DNA of 64,000 nucleotides from assembly GCA_030690215.1 (NCBI GenBank), contig JAUYHD010000029.1, positions 14,568 to 78,567 of the forward strand, in the 5' to 3' direction. The position numbers were made by a program, and so were the translations under genes. Of the stretch, positions 37,510 to 48,730 are shown piece by piece; position 1 is the stretch's first letter; the number at the start of each line of letters is the position of its first letter. The notes beneath the pieces were generated by a model. That model did no database searches. It was given only the letters and a program-made list of their open reading frames with translations, and was not told the origin of the DNA. Origin of the DNA: a bacterium (GTDB taxonomy: Bacteria; Patescibacteriota; Minisyncoccia; 1-14-0-10-42-19).

Positions 37510-38316
37510 ATGCTCAAAAAAATAATACCGCTTGTAGTATGCCTCATGCTGCCGCTTATAACTGCCGCGTCACCCGCACCGTTACACCATCCGAGCTCAT
37601 ACGAACCGATTATTCGGGATAATTTTCAAGCAGTAAGAAATGTTGTAGTCGCAATCGCCGTAGAATTTGTTTCGAAAAAAGATCCTCCGGCTCCCCCCGA
37701 AAAAACGATAGGATCCGGAATCATTATTCACCCCGACGGAATCATTTTTACCAACGCCCATGTTCTATCCGAGAAAGATTTTGCGATAAAAAATATCACG
37801 GTAGAACTGTGGGACGGAAACGTATTTTTTACCAAAGATGTCCAGTGGATAGACACAAAAACAGATACAGCCAGGATTAAGGTTGATGCGGTATTCACTC
37901 ACTATGCAAAAATTGACGCGCGCAATTTTGATGCCATACGCCAAGAAGATATTGTGGGAGAAAAAGTCATCATCATGGGCCATCCGTTTGGATTGTCGTG
38001 GGACATAGTAGAAGGATATATCACCCACCCTTCGCGCATATTGACCGAAGACAATGCCAACTCTTTTATACAACTAGAGCTCCATGTAAACCCGGGAAAC
38101 AGCGGTGGCGGGTTGTTTGATAGCCAGGGAGAGCTTATAGGAGTACCCACTATGATGATCGATGGATCCGGCAAAGGATTTGCAATTCCCATAAAACGCT
38201 TCTGCGACAAAGACAAAGAACATGGCTATAATGCATGTGTGCAAACGAGGCCCGAAAAAGCAATAAAAGCGCCGGAACACACTCCTTTATTCCCCTCTGC
38301 TCCTTCAATACAGTAA
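37510..38316 (+). CDS. trypsin-like serine protease (S1)
   Basis: signal peptide; FTNAHVL His motif, NPGNSGGGLF Ser motif; AGGGAGGG RBS. Confidence 0.75.
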   Translation: MLKKIIPLVVCLMLPLITAASPAPLHHPSSYEPIIRDNFQAVRNVVVAIAVEFVSKKDPPAPPEKTIGSGIIIHPDGIIFTNAHVLSEKDFAIKNITVELWDGNVFFTKDVQWIDTKTDTARIKVDAVFTHYAKIDARNFDAIRQEDIVGEKVIIMGHPFGLSWDIVEGYITHPSRILTEDNANSFIQLELHVNPGNSGGGLFDSQGELIGVPTMMIDGSGKGFAIPIKRFCDKDKEHGYNACVQTRPEKAIKAPEHTPLFPSAPSIQ

Positions 38317-38368
38317 TATAAAACCCCCAACTTCGGGGGTTTCTCTTTGCATAACGCATCTAATAATT

Positions 38369-39091
38369 CTAGAATACCGGATTCAATGAATAAATCATGT
38401 AAAAACCAAGAATGATGAGGAACAGGCCAACCGAAAGGCGCATAAGTCCTCGGTGCTTGTGCCTCCATGCCTCTAAGCGTTCTGACGATGTGCCAAAATA
38501 GGCAAACGCAATAATAATAAGAAGCGGAAGAACAAAAATAAAATTATACAAGAGCAACAACGGAACGGCGGTTGCATACGCCCCCTTGGACAGAAGCCCC
38601 AGTACCGCGAGATACGGCGCACCCGTACACGGCAATTCAACAAGTACGACAAAAATGCCGAGCACAACCATGGTCAACAAAAGCAGGCTAAAATGACGGG
38701 ACTGCATCCGTTCAATCCACATAGTATACGATTTAATGCGCGCAGACGCTCCGGGAATCATCTGCAACGAAAATCCTTTTCCATACCAAAAATAATCTTT
38801 AATTTCCAAAAATCCCGCAAAAATGGCAATCAATGCGACAATCCAATAAAATACTCCCGCAACATCGGGGCTCAAAGCCGCAAACCGAAGAATACCGAAC
38901 CCCAACACTAAATACGTAAGATACACCACGAGTGTATATGTAAGCCCCCCGGCAAGCATTCGGTTTTTGCTCTTAAATACGCGCGTCATAAAAGCAATCA
39001 AAAACACTAACACGCCAATCACGCATGGATTGATGCTGTCTAAGAGCGCTGCTCCGATAATAATGCCCAATGTAAGATTTCCTTCAAGCAT
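38369..39091 (-). CDS. ccdA: cytochrome c biogenesis / thiol-disulfide transmembrane electron transporter CcdA (DsbD family)
   Basis: LDSINPCVIGVL Cys motif in TM1, 6 TM. Confidence 0.7.
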   Translation of the reverse strand: MLEGNLTLGIIIGAALLDSINPCVIGVLVFLIAFMTRVFKSKNRMLAGGLTYTLVVYLTYLVLGFGILRFAALSPDVAGVFYWIVALIAIFAGFLEIKDYFWYGKGFSLQMIPGASARIKSYTMWIERMQSRHFSLLLLTMVVLGIFVVLVELPCTGAPYLAVLGLLSKGAYATAVPLLLLYNFIFVLPLLIIIAFAYFGTSSERLEAWRHKHRGLMRLSVGLFLIILGFYMIYSLNPVF

Positions 39092-39109
39092 GGTTTGGGT
39101 ATGAGTTAT

Positions 39110-39162
39110 GTCCCGCTATTTACTTTAAATATTTTTAAATTATTGTATAGCGGGATCCCGCC
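39110..39162. repeat. GC-rich hairpin element gtcccgcta...tagcgggatcccgcc
   Basis: same architecture as 45048-45096 and 6739-6798 with covarying stem positions. Confidence 0.65.
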
Positions 39163-39198
39163 ATTTTATACGTTATAATTTTTGAATACATGGCGGGA

Positions 39199-39235
39199 AG
39201 TTATGGGGTATGGGTTATAAGTTATGAGTTACAAG
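39199..39235. repeat. heptamer tandem repeat TTATGRG x5
   Basis: ttatggg gtatggg ttataag ttatgag ttacaag; related runs at 18-40, 6144-6170, 39093-39110. Confidence 0.7.
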
Positions 39236-39242
39236 CCGCTCG

Positions 39243-40058
39243 TTACTCGTTACTGCTAACAGAGCAACCAGCGAAATCGGCAAACTCGGGAATTTGCTGA
39301 ATACCGATTGCGCGTTTTACTTCTACGCCATCCCGCTCAATGATGAATGTCGGCGTTTTTGTAATATTTTTTTCTAAGCACAATTCGGGCTGAGGATTAT
39401 CTCCGTCCGGGTGGCATTCAATAGACTGTAATTTTGAATACGCGGGACCAAATACTTGTTCTTGTCTCCTGCAACTACTGCATCTGACCGACTTGTAGTA
39501 TATAACCTGATTATCGTTAGCGCATAAAAAAAGTTCAGAATAATCTTCTTTTGTTCCTCCACTCATTTGGGCAAAATAAGTGATGCCCACGACCAGCAAT
39601 CCTCCGATTATAATAGGAATGGTGTTGCGCAAAGGAATAGGAGTAGTTTTGCGCGCCGCAAGAAAAGAAATGATGAGAATGCCTATCATTGTTACTTTAG
39701 ACGATTCGCAGAGGACACAAAATGCCTTTATCACAGACACCTCAATAAATGTCAGATAAAAAGACGGAACAAGCATAAAAAGCGCCAAAAAGAAAACGCT
39801 TTGGAATACCGCATCTTTCTTATAAAAAAACAGAAGAACAATCAGCAAGGAAAAAAATCCGATTCCTAGAAGCGACATGGGGATACCGAATACTTCAGAA
39901 TAAATACTCGTGGTTACCACATCACAAGACACCTCTGCCGAAAAATCGCAAAATGACTGGGCATTCGCATAATGCAAATATGTAAGGTATATCATGATAC
40001 CCAACCCCGCAAACGCAAAAAGAATCGCGAGAATCCTATATATTTTCATTGTTCCCAT
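39243..40058 (-). CDS. vitamin K epoxide reductase (VKOR)-thioredoxin-like fusion (DsbB analogue)
   Basis: VKOR TMs with CVLC (CxxC) and loop Cys pair CDFSAEVSC; C-terminal Trx-like CSSC. Confidence 0.65.
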   Translation of the reverse strand: MGTMKIYRILAILFAFAGLGIMIYLTYLHYANAQSFCDFSAEVSCDVVTTSIYSEVFGIPMSLLGIGFFSLLIVLLFFYKKDAVFQSVFFLALFMLVPSFYLTFIEVSVIKAFCVLCESSKVTMIGILIISFLAARKTTPIPLRNTIPIIIGGLLVVGITYFAQMSGGTKEDYSELFLCANDNQVIYYKSVRCSSCRRQEQVFGPAYSKLQSIECHPDGDNPQPELCLEKNITKTPTFIIERDGVEVKRAIGIQQIPEFADFAGCSVSSNE

Positions 40059-40145
40059 TATAGAACAGCGCGCAGAAACCTGCGAACCAAGTTATACACA
40101 ACAAAAAAAACTGGACGAAGATCGCCCAGCGTGCATATCTAAAGA

Positions 40146-40592
40146 TTATTGCGTTCGTATAATTCCTTCCCCGTCAATAAAATATGTTTCTATTTCCAGT
40201 TGAGGAAATTTTTTCTTAAGAAATGCTTTTGCTTTCTTGTGTTCTTCACGATGAAACGCAAATTCTTTTTCTTCGCTATTGTGGAACCGCGCAATGCCTC
40301 CATATGCTCCGCAATGGGTATGCGAAAAAAGCATAACGCGTTTAACGTGGTGAAGTTGTATTGATTTTTCAATCTCGCGAACATAAAAATCCCGATCGCT
40401 TTCAAATTCAGGAGATGCAAATATTTTCGCGCCGCCCGCAGGAGATTTTGGGTCTATGTGTTCGTACCCCAAGCTCGCGATAAAGTGCTTGAACGACTTC
40501 CAAAAACGATCGTCAACACAGCGTACCGTAAACGCATCCGCGGAATAATGCCCAAGATCGCTTTTTTCTTTAAATACGTATTCTTTTTGCAT
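40146..40592 (-). CDS. beta-class carbonic anhydrase-like small protein
   Basis: CxDxR (RCVDDR) and HxxCG (HTHCGAYGG) with ~56 aa spacing. Confidence 0.4.
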   Translation of the reverse strand: MQKEYVFKEKSDLGHYSADAFTVRCVDDRFWKSFKHFIASLGYEHIDPKSPAGGAKIFASPEFESDRDFYVREIEKSIQLHHVKRVMLFSHTHCGAYGGIARFHNSEEKEFAFHREEHKKAKAFLKKKFPQLEIETYFIDGEGIIRTQ

Positions 40593-40625
40593 ATATCCTC
40601 CTTTATGAACGGTTCAAAAAAGATA

Positions 40626-40937
40626 TTACACTACTTTATGTGAAATTTCAACCGCCTCTAATGGCTTTGAAACGTCGGGATCGCTCACCAAAATAACAAC
40701 CTTGCTGTGCGGTTTTACTTCAATAAAACCGAAAGGAACCGGAATTTCTATCATATGCTCAGACTGAATCACGCCCTCCTTTGCCTGTATGTATATTTTA
40801 ACGCTTCCGCGAACCAAAGAAATCAACGGGGCATGATCTTCCAAGATTGTTATTTCTCCCATAGCGGTTTGCGCGATTATTTTTTCCGTATCACCGTCAA
40901 ACAATGTTTTTTGGATAGAATAAACAGCAACTTTCAT
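40626..40937 (-). CDS. atpC: F-type ATP synthase epsilon subunit
   Basis: N-terminal beta-sandwich sequence MKVAVYSIQKTLFDGD; operon position. Confidence 0.85.
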   Translation of the reverse strand: MKVAVYSIQKTLFDGDTEKIIAQTAMGEITILEDHAPLISLVRGSVKIYIQAKEGVIQSEHMIEIPVPFGFIEVKPHSKVVILVSDPDVSKPLEAVEISHKVV

Positions 40938-41180
40938 AAAATAAATAGGGGAAGTTTCTTAAAATTAAAAATGTAAAATGTAAAACTCAAAATGAAAAAT
41001 GACAATAAATAATTTTCAATTTTTAATTCTCAATTTTCAATCAATAGTCAATTTTCAATTTTCAAACACAAAACTAAGAAAAAGAGGGTTTGAAAATTTA
41101 GTCATTGAAAATTCAATGAAAATTAGAAATTGATAATTGAAAATTCAGTCTTAATCATTTTGATTTTTGATTTTTGAATT
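40938..41180. repeat. AT-rich intergenic region with many direct/inverted copies of AATTTTCAA(T) between atpD and atpC
   Basis: ttttcaatt / aattgaaaa motifs >10 times in 243 bp. Confidence 0.7.
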
Positions 41181-42560
<1,380 letters not shown>

Positions 42561-43490
42561 TTACCGTTCAAGCGCTTCAACGCCCGCAGTAATTTCGGTT
42601 AATTCTTGGGTGATACTCGCCTGGCGCGCCTTGTTATAGAGCAACTGTAATTCTCCTATAAGTTCCTTTGCATTATCCGACGCAGCTTTCATCGCAACCA
42701 TCCGCGCAGAATGCTCGGATGCATTTGATTCAAGAATAATATGATGCATATGCATACGGAGCAAAAGCGGAATAAGCATATCCAGCAATTCTTGAGGCGA
42801 CGGCTCAAAAAGATATTCGTAACTATACCGCGTCTCGGCACCTTCAGAAATCTCCTGTTCTGAAAATTTCCCCTTCTCGGGGGAAATGCTCTCCACTATT
42901 TCCTGCAACCCTTCCTTCGTTGCGGGAAGAATAATTTTTTTTACTACATCCTGGCGCAATGTTGAGCGAAAATTAGTATACACGACAATAACTTCGTCGT
43001 AGCGCTTCTCAAGAAACCCTTCCAAAAGACTGTCGGCAACGGGCATCGTGTCCTTAAACTCACTGAAATCACCAAATCCTAAAAATGTTTTTTCCATTGT
43101 CTCGTGCCTATGTCCAAAATAATCTTTTGCCTTTTTCCCTACGGTTACCAAAACATATTGTTTTTTTTCTTTTTTCATCCCAAAAAGCAATTCTTCCGCT
43201 TTGCGAAATACATTCGCATTGAAAGCGCCCGCAAGCCCCTTGTCCGAAGACACAACACATATAAGAGATTTTTTTACTTCCCTTTTTTCAAGCACCGACG
43301 GCAAAACCGAAGCATATTCCAAAAGCCCCTTCAGCATTTTAAACGAAGCAACCGCAAAAGGACGCGCGGATATCGCAAACTCCTGGCTTTTGCGCATTTT
43401 GGTGGCCGAAACTGCCTCCATTGCTTTTGTGATCTGGGCAATATTTTTTACGGAACGCACTCTATTTTTTATTTCTTTTGACGAGGACAT
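42561..43490 (-). CDS. atpG: F-type ATP synthase gamma subunit
   Basis: N/C-terminal coiled-coil helices, ITxELxEI C-terminus. Confidence 0.9.
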   Translation of the reverse strand: MSSSKEIKNRVRSVKNIAQITKAMEAVSATKMRKSQEFAISARPFAVASFKMLKGLLEYASVLPSVLEKREVKKSLICVVSSDKGLAGAFNANVFRKAEELLFGMKKEKKQYVLVTVGKKAKDYFGHRHETMEKTFLGFGDFSEFKDTMPVADSLLEGFLEKRYDEVIVVYTNFRSTLRQDVVKKIILPATKEGLQEIVESISPEKGKFSEQEISEGAETRYSYEYLFEPSPQELLDMLIPLLLRMHMHHIILESNASEHSARMVAMKAASDNAKELIGELQLLYNKARQASITQELTEITAGVEALER

Positions 43491-43495
43491 ATAAT

Positions 43496-45022
43496 TTATT
43501 TTATTTTTTTGAATTCTTCAACGCCATTCTTTATTTTTTCCTCGATAGCTCCGGATAATTCTCCTGTCTCGCGTATCGTGCTTACAATATCCTTTTCATG
43601 CATCTTCTCCATATAATCAAGAAGCTTGACGCCGGTACTCCGTACAGCATCAACAGGAAGATCATCAAAATATCCGTGAGTCGCGACATACATAAGAATA
43701 ACCTGCTTTTCAAACGGAATTGGTTCTCGTTCACCCTGCTTTAACACTTCAACCAATACTTTCCCGCGCAAGAGCCGTTTTCGGGTTGATTCATCCAAGT
43801 CGGAAGCAAACTGGGCAAATGCCGCAAGCTCACGGAATTGCGCAAGCTCAAGACGTAATTTGCCCGCAACTTTTTTCATTGCTTTTGTCTGGGCAGCGGA
43901 CCCGACGCGCGAAACCGAAAGCCCGACATTCACCGCAGGACGATTCCCCTGATAAAAAAGTTCCGGCTCCAAATAAATCTGTCCGTCGGTAATCGAAATA
44001 ACATTCGTAGGAATATACGCTGACACGTCACCCAATTGAGTTTCAATGATAGGAAGCGCGGTGAGCGATCCCCCGCCGTGCTCCTTGCTTAATTTTGCGG
44101 CACGCTCAAGAAGACGCGAATGAATATAAAAAATATCTCCGGGATATGCCTCTCTCCCTGGAGGACGGCGCAACAAAAGCGAAAGTTCCCTATACGCCCA
44201 CGCGTGCTTTGAAAGATCGTCATATATCACAAGCGCATCCTTTCCTTGGTGCATAAAATATTCCCCAATTGCAGCACCCGCATACGGAGCTAAAAACCAA
44301 AGGGATGTCGCTGAAGAAGACGGAGCAGAAACAATAATTGTATATTCCATCGCACCCGCTTGTTCGAGCGTTGAAACAATTTTTGCTGTCTTTGATTCTT
44401 TTTGGCCTATAGCAACATAAATACAAATCGGAGTCTGATAGCGGCTATCACGGCCCTGATTAATAATTGTGTCAATGACCAATGATGTTTTCCCTAATTG
44501 CCGGTCTCCAATAATAAGCTCACGCTGCCCGCGTCCTATCGGAATCATGCTATCAATCGATTTAATTCCGGTATGAAGAGGCGTGCCTACCGGTTCGCGC
44601 ATAATAACGCCCGGGGCTTTGCGTTCCACAGGATAATATTCTCCTTCTCCCTTATGAAAAATTTCTCCTCTGCCGTCTTGCGGTTTGCCCAACGGGTCAA
44701 TTACTCTTCCGATAAGCTTGTCGCCGACATGCATAGAAAGTACCCGCCCTGTGCCTCGCACCGTATCTCCCTCTTTGATTTTGAGATATTCGCCGAGCAC
44801 AATTGCCCCGATCGTATCTTCTTCAAGATTGAACGCAATCCCCTGCACAACACCATGCTCTGTCTCGAACTCCAATTCTTCTTGAGAAGCAACTTCGCCA
44901 AGCCCCGAAATGCGGCAAATTCCATCCCCCACCTCAATCACGGTTCCTATTTTTTCCGCTTTAATTTCACGCGCAAATCCCTCAAATTCTTTTTTTAAAT
45001 TTTCAACTATAAAATCTGCCAT
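43496..45022 (-). CDS. atpA: F-type ATP synthase alpha subunit
   Basis: GDRQLGKT P-loop. Confidence 0.95.
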   Translation of the reverse strand: MADFIVENLKKEFEGFAREIKAEKIGTVIEVGDGICRISGLGEVASQEELEFETEHGVVQGIAFNLEEDTIGAIVLGEYLKIKEGDTVRGTGRVLSMHVGDKLIGRVIDPLGKPQDGRGEIFHKGEGEYYPVERKAPGVIMREPVGTPLHTGIKSIDSMIPIGRGQRELIIGDRQLGKTSLVIDTIINQGRDSRYQTPICIYVAIGQKESKTAKIVSTLEQAGAMEYTIIVSAPSSSATSLWFLAPYAGAAIGEYFMHQGKDALVIYDDLSKHAWAYRELSLLLRRPPGREAYPGDIFYIHSRLLERAAKLSKEHGGGSLTALPIIETQLGDVSAYIPTNVISITDGQIYLEPELFYQGNRPAVNVGLSVSRVGSAAQTKAMKKVAGKLRLELAQFRELAAFAQFASDLDESTRKRLLRGKVLVEVLKQGEREPIPFEKQVILMYVATHGYFDDLPVDAVRSTGVKLLDYMEKMHEKDIVSTIRETGELSGAIEEKIKNGVEEFKKIK

Positions 45023-45416
45023 AGTATAAAAATTTTTTAATGCTAATGTCCCGACGCACCATCATACTTTTTGTAATAATGAAGTCGGGATCCCGATATC
45101 CTTTATCATATTTTTTAATAGATATCGGGAAATAAATTTTGTCTTAATTTGCACACCCATCACATAACTTTGTATTCATAAATATTTTTTTCGACACAAA
45201 GTTATGTGCTGGGTAAAGTCACCGCACTGTTCACGAAGCAAGTTTTGATGTACAAAACGTAGCTGAGTGATTACAGTGCGCAACCCCGCCTATTCCTCGG
45301 CATATTTATTTTATAATACTTCGTGAACATGCGAGGTCTTCGCCCATTCAACTACTCGCTCGCGCTCGCAGGAATGGGCGGGGGTTTGGCTACCCGCCAA
45401 AGTTTGCTTCGCAAAT
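45023..45416. repeat. 394-bp highly structured non-coding insert inside atp operon (multiple nested inverted repeats; repeat-family members)
   Basis: 45048-45130 GC-rich hairpins (homologous to 6739-6798); 45155-45213 hairpin homologous to 23540-23637; 45221/45273 and 45231/45321 inverted repeats; 45351-45390 hairpin. Confidence 0.7.
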
Positions 45417-45809
45417 TTAGGCGGGGCCAATTCCTTTAAATAATTTTCTTAATTGGCCCGCCCCACTCGCGTCAATAACCGTATCGCCATCAATAATAAA
45501 TTTTATGCCTGCAAAAAGTTTAGGATGTATTGATTCGTGGAGAATAACGTTCCCGCCGAATACATGTTCTATTTGTTTTTTCACAGCAGAAGATAACGGT
45601 GATACCGACTCAACGCTAACCGTATGCAGGCCTTCCGTATTGCTGTGGATTTTCCCAACCTCCTCCAATATCCTTCCGACATACTGCTGGTCCCGGTTAC
45701 GGACAATATACGCATAAAAACGCCGCATAATAGCCTGTCTCTCGCTGTCTTTTGCGTCCCGCAGGGCTCCATATAATGCGTGAGCGTATTGTCTCGTAGT
45801 ATATTTCAT
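45417..45809 (-). CDS. atpH: F-type ATP synthase delta (OSCP) subunit, compact
   Basis: C-terminus GIKFIIDGDTVIDASGAGQLRKL matches OSCP; operon position. Confidence 0.8.
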   Translation of the reverse strand: MKYTTRQYAHALYGALRDAKDSERQAIMRRFYAYIVRNRDQQYVGRILEEVGKIHSNTEGLHTVSVESVSPLSSAVKKQIEHVFGGNVILHESIHPKLFAGIKFIIDGDTVIDASGAGQLRKLFKGIGPA

Positions 45810-45821
45810 TATGATAAAAAT

Positions 45822-46331
45822 TTATTTATAGGTTGCTTTCAATTCTTTCAACGCTTCTTCTATTAACTTTTCGTCGCGCTCGGAGGCGGACATTTTACCT
45901 AACACATGAACAGTTGCCGCACGCACGAGCTCGCGCGTATCTTTATATACTTCGTCTTTTATTTTTCCTTTTTCTTCTTCTAGGCGGCGCTTTGCCTCAT
46001 CAAGCATTTTTTCCGCCTGATGCTCGGCTCCCTGGACAATCCCGACTCGTTTTTCTGACGCATCTTCTTCCGCTTTTTGAATAATACCAAGCGCTTCACC
46101 CCTTGCCCCCAAAAGAACCTCCTCACGATCTTCATTCACCCGCTTCATTGTTATTTCCGCATCGCGGGTAAGCGTAATTCCTTTTTCAATCTCTTCCCGC
46201 CTTGTTTTAAGCATCTTCATCAAAGGACCAAATGCGAATTTCTTAAGCAAAAAAAGAAGAATAGTAAAATTAATTGCTTGCGCAAGAAGCAATTTCCAAT
46301 CAATGCCAAAATTGTGGATGAATTCATTCAT
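45822..46331 (-). CDS. atpF: F-type ATP synthase subunit b
   Basis: N-terminal TM then long charged helix. Confidence 0.85.
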   Translation of the reverse strand: MNEFIHNFGIDWKLLLAQAINFTILLFLLKKFAFGPLMKMLKTRREEIEKGITLTRDAEITMKRVNEDREEVLLGARGEALGIIQKAEEDASEKRVGIVQGAEHQAEKMLDEAKRRLEEEKGKIKDEVYKDTRELVRAATVHVLGKMSASERDEKLIEEALKELKATYK

Positions 46332-46338
46332 ACAATGC

Positions 46339-46433
46339 TCCTACGAACATACGAACAATGTACGAAAATACGAAAGAGAAATTGTATTTTTCGTATTATT
46401 TCGTAATTTCGTAGGGGTTCGTACTTTCGTAGG
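46339..46433. repeat. ~95-nt imperfect palindrome of TACGAA x5 / TTCGTA x5 between atpF and atpE
   Basis: cctacgaacatacgaac...gttcgtactttcgtagg. Confidence 0.75.
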
Positions 46434-46434
46434 A

Positions 46435-46674
<240 letters not shown>

Positions 46675-46684
46675 TTAATAATAA

Positions 46685-47440
46685 TTAATGCTGATGGCTC
46701 ACCGAAATGCTTATAAATACCATCGTAAGCATTGCGAACACAAGCGCCTGCACAAATCCGACGAACAGCTCAAGCCCCAAAAAGGGAACAGGAACCAGAA
46801 AAGGCGCCAAAAACGCCATAATTACCAAAAGCACCTCGCCCGCAAAAATATTACCGAATAAGCGAAACGAGAATGATATCATTTTAGCAATTTCTGAAAT
46901 TAATTCAAGAACACCCACAAAAAAATCAATGGGACTTTTTATTGAGATAAACTTGGAAACATGCTTAAAAAAGCCGATCGCGGCAATACCAAATATATTC
47001 GTAAGAAACACAGAGATTATCGCAAGCGCCAGCGTAAAATTAAGATCACTCGCAGTTGAGCGGAAAAGCGGTACAAAGCGTTCTTCTCCATGCAATTCTT
47101 CTCCGCCAATAACAGACAACCCTATAGAACCCACTCCCGGCAAAATACCCATCCAATTGGAAAGGAGTACCAAAAGAAAAATAGTGGCAATGACAGGAAA
47201 ATATTTTTCTGCTTTATCACGCGTTCCAAAAACACCTTCCATCATGCCAAGAAACCGTTCTATTAGGATTTCGAATATATTTTGCAGCCGCCCGGGAACA
47301 ATCGACATCCCTCGGTATATCACGCAAGAAAACACCGCAAGAACAACGATTGTAATCCACACCATGATAAGCGTATTCGTAATAGGGAACCCGAATATCG
47401 TGCCTATTGTTTCGGCTGCGACTTCAATATGAGGCGACAT
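46685..47440 (-). CDS. atpB: F-type ATP synthase subunit a
   Basis: polytopic; conserved Arg in RLFGNIFAGE. Confidence 0.9.
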   Translation of the reverse strand: MSPHIEVAAETIGTIFGFPITNTLIMVWITIVVLAVFSCVIYRGMSIVPGRLQNIFEILIERFLGMMEGVFGTRDKAEKYFPVIATIFLLVLLSNWMGILPGVGSIGLSVIGGEELHGEERFVPLFRSTASDLNFTLALAIISVFLTNIFGIAAIGFFKHVSKFISIKSPIDFFVGVLELISEIAKMISFSFRLFGNIFAGEVLLVIMAFLAPFLVPVPFLGLELFVGFVQALVFAMLTMVFISISVSHQH

Positions 47441-47481
47441 CTTTCCATTGTATAGAAAAACCGCGTGTTAGCAATCATGTG

Positions 47482-48729
47482 TTATTCGTACCGAAGCGCC
47501 TCAATAGGAGATTTTCGTGACGCTTGGCGCGCAGGATAGAGCCCAAACACTACCCCCACTCCGCTTGAAACAAGCAAGCCAAGAAGTGCGGCGGATACGG
47601 GAAAAACAAATTGCCATGCAAGTCCTACAAATTGACTCAATATAAAGCCCACTATAAAAGAAAGAACTGTCCCCAAAAAAATTCCGATAACGCCCCCAAA
47701 TCCTGTTAAAAATACTGCTTCAACCAAAAATTGGCTCATAATATCGCTATCAGTCGCTCCTACTGCTTTCCGAAGACCGATCTCGCGAGTTCTTTCGGTA
47801 ACCGATACAAGCATGATGTTCATAACGCCAATCCCCCCAACAACAAGAGCAATTGCAACTACAAACGTAAGGAAGGTCGTAAAAATACCTATAATGGTAC
47901 TCACCTGCTCAACTAACCCCTGTTGCGTTTGAACATAAAAATCATCATCGGCCGGATCGTCAATATTATGAAGCGCGCGTAATGTTGCTTGTATATCAAA
48001 TACAACCCGGTCTACCGATTCGGGTGAATCGGCGCGCACAATAATTTGATTATAATAATTATTTCCCGTTAAAAATGCCTGAGCTGCAGTATACGGAACA
48101 AGTACAAGCTCATCTACATCAAAAAAAACAACTTGCCCGCGCTTTTCAAACACGCCCACAACCCGGAATTTATTTCCTTTTATCGTTATGGATTTCCCTA
48201 TCGGATCGGAAGTGCCGAATAATTCATCTTTGACGCGCCCGCCAATTATCGCAACCCGCGCTTTATTATGGATATCGGTCTCGTCAAAAAATATGCCGTC
48301 AGACAACTGCAACCCAAGCGAATCGCGCATAAATTCTGCCGAAAAACCAAGAATCACCGGCCTGAATGTTTCCCCTTCAAATGAAATACTTCCGCCCGGA
48401 ACTAATATTTCAGGCGCAACACCAATCGCATTCGGAATATTCTGTTTCCGCCCGAGCGCTTCCAATTCCCTATCTTTCAATGAATCCCCAAAAAGCGATT
48501 CCGCAAAATCCGTTGGGCCCGACGGTTCTTTCCCGGGGCGTACAACGACTGTTTCCGCGCCAAGCCCCCCAAGTTCACCTACAATAATCGCTTCGGCAGC
48601 ACTCCCGATAGACATCACCATAATAATTGAGGTGATGCCAATCACTATTCCGAGCACGGTTAAAAAAGACCGTGACCGGTGAGCGATGAGCGCCGCAAGC
48701 GCTGTTTTTATAACATATAAAAATTGCAT
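47482..48729 (-). CDS. ABC transporter permease, FtsX/MacB-like
   Basis: N-terminal TM, large periplasmic domain, C-terminal FtsX 3-TM domain. Confidence 0.85.
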   Translation of the reverse strand: MQFLYVIKTALAALIAHRSRSFLTVLGIVIGITSIIMVMSIGSAAEAIIVGELGGLGAETVVVRPGKEPSGPTDFAESLFGDSLKDRELEALGRKQNIPNAIGVAPEILVPGGSISFEGETFRPVILGFSAEFMRDSLGLQLSDGIFFDETDIHNKARVAIIGGRVKDELFGTSDPIGKSITIKGNKFRVVGVFEKRGQVVFFDVDELVLVPYTAAQAFLTGNNYYNQIIVRADSPESVDRVVFDIQATLRALHNIDDPADDDFYVQTQQGLVEQVSTIIGIFTTFLTFVVAIALVVGGIGVMNIMLVSVTERTREIGLRKAVGATDSDIMSQFLVEAVFLTGFGGVIGIFLGTVLSFIVGFILSQFVGLAWQFVFPVSAALLGLLVSSGVGVVFGLYPARQASRKSPIEALRYE

Positions 48730-48730
48730 A

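Noticed and set aside
45417-45809. atpH truncated by the 394-bp insert (pseudogene)
   Set aside because: Although only 130 aa, the ORF retains both N-terminal (YAHALYGAL) and C-terminal (IIDGDTVIDASGAGQLRKL) OSCP hallmarks. It is a compact δ, not a disrupted one.
46707-47432. 241-aa plus-strand ORF
   Set aside because: Antisense to atpB.
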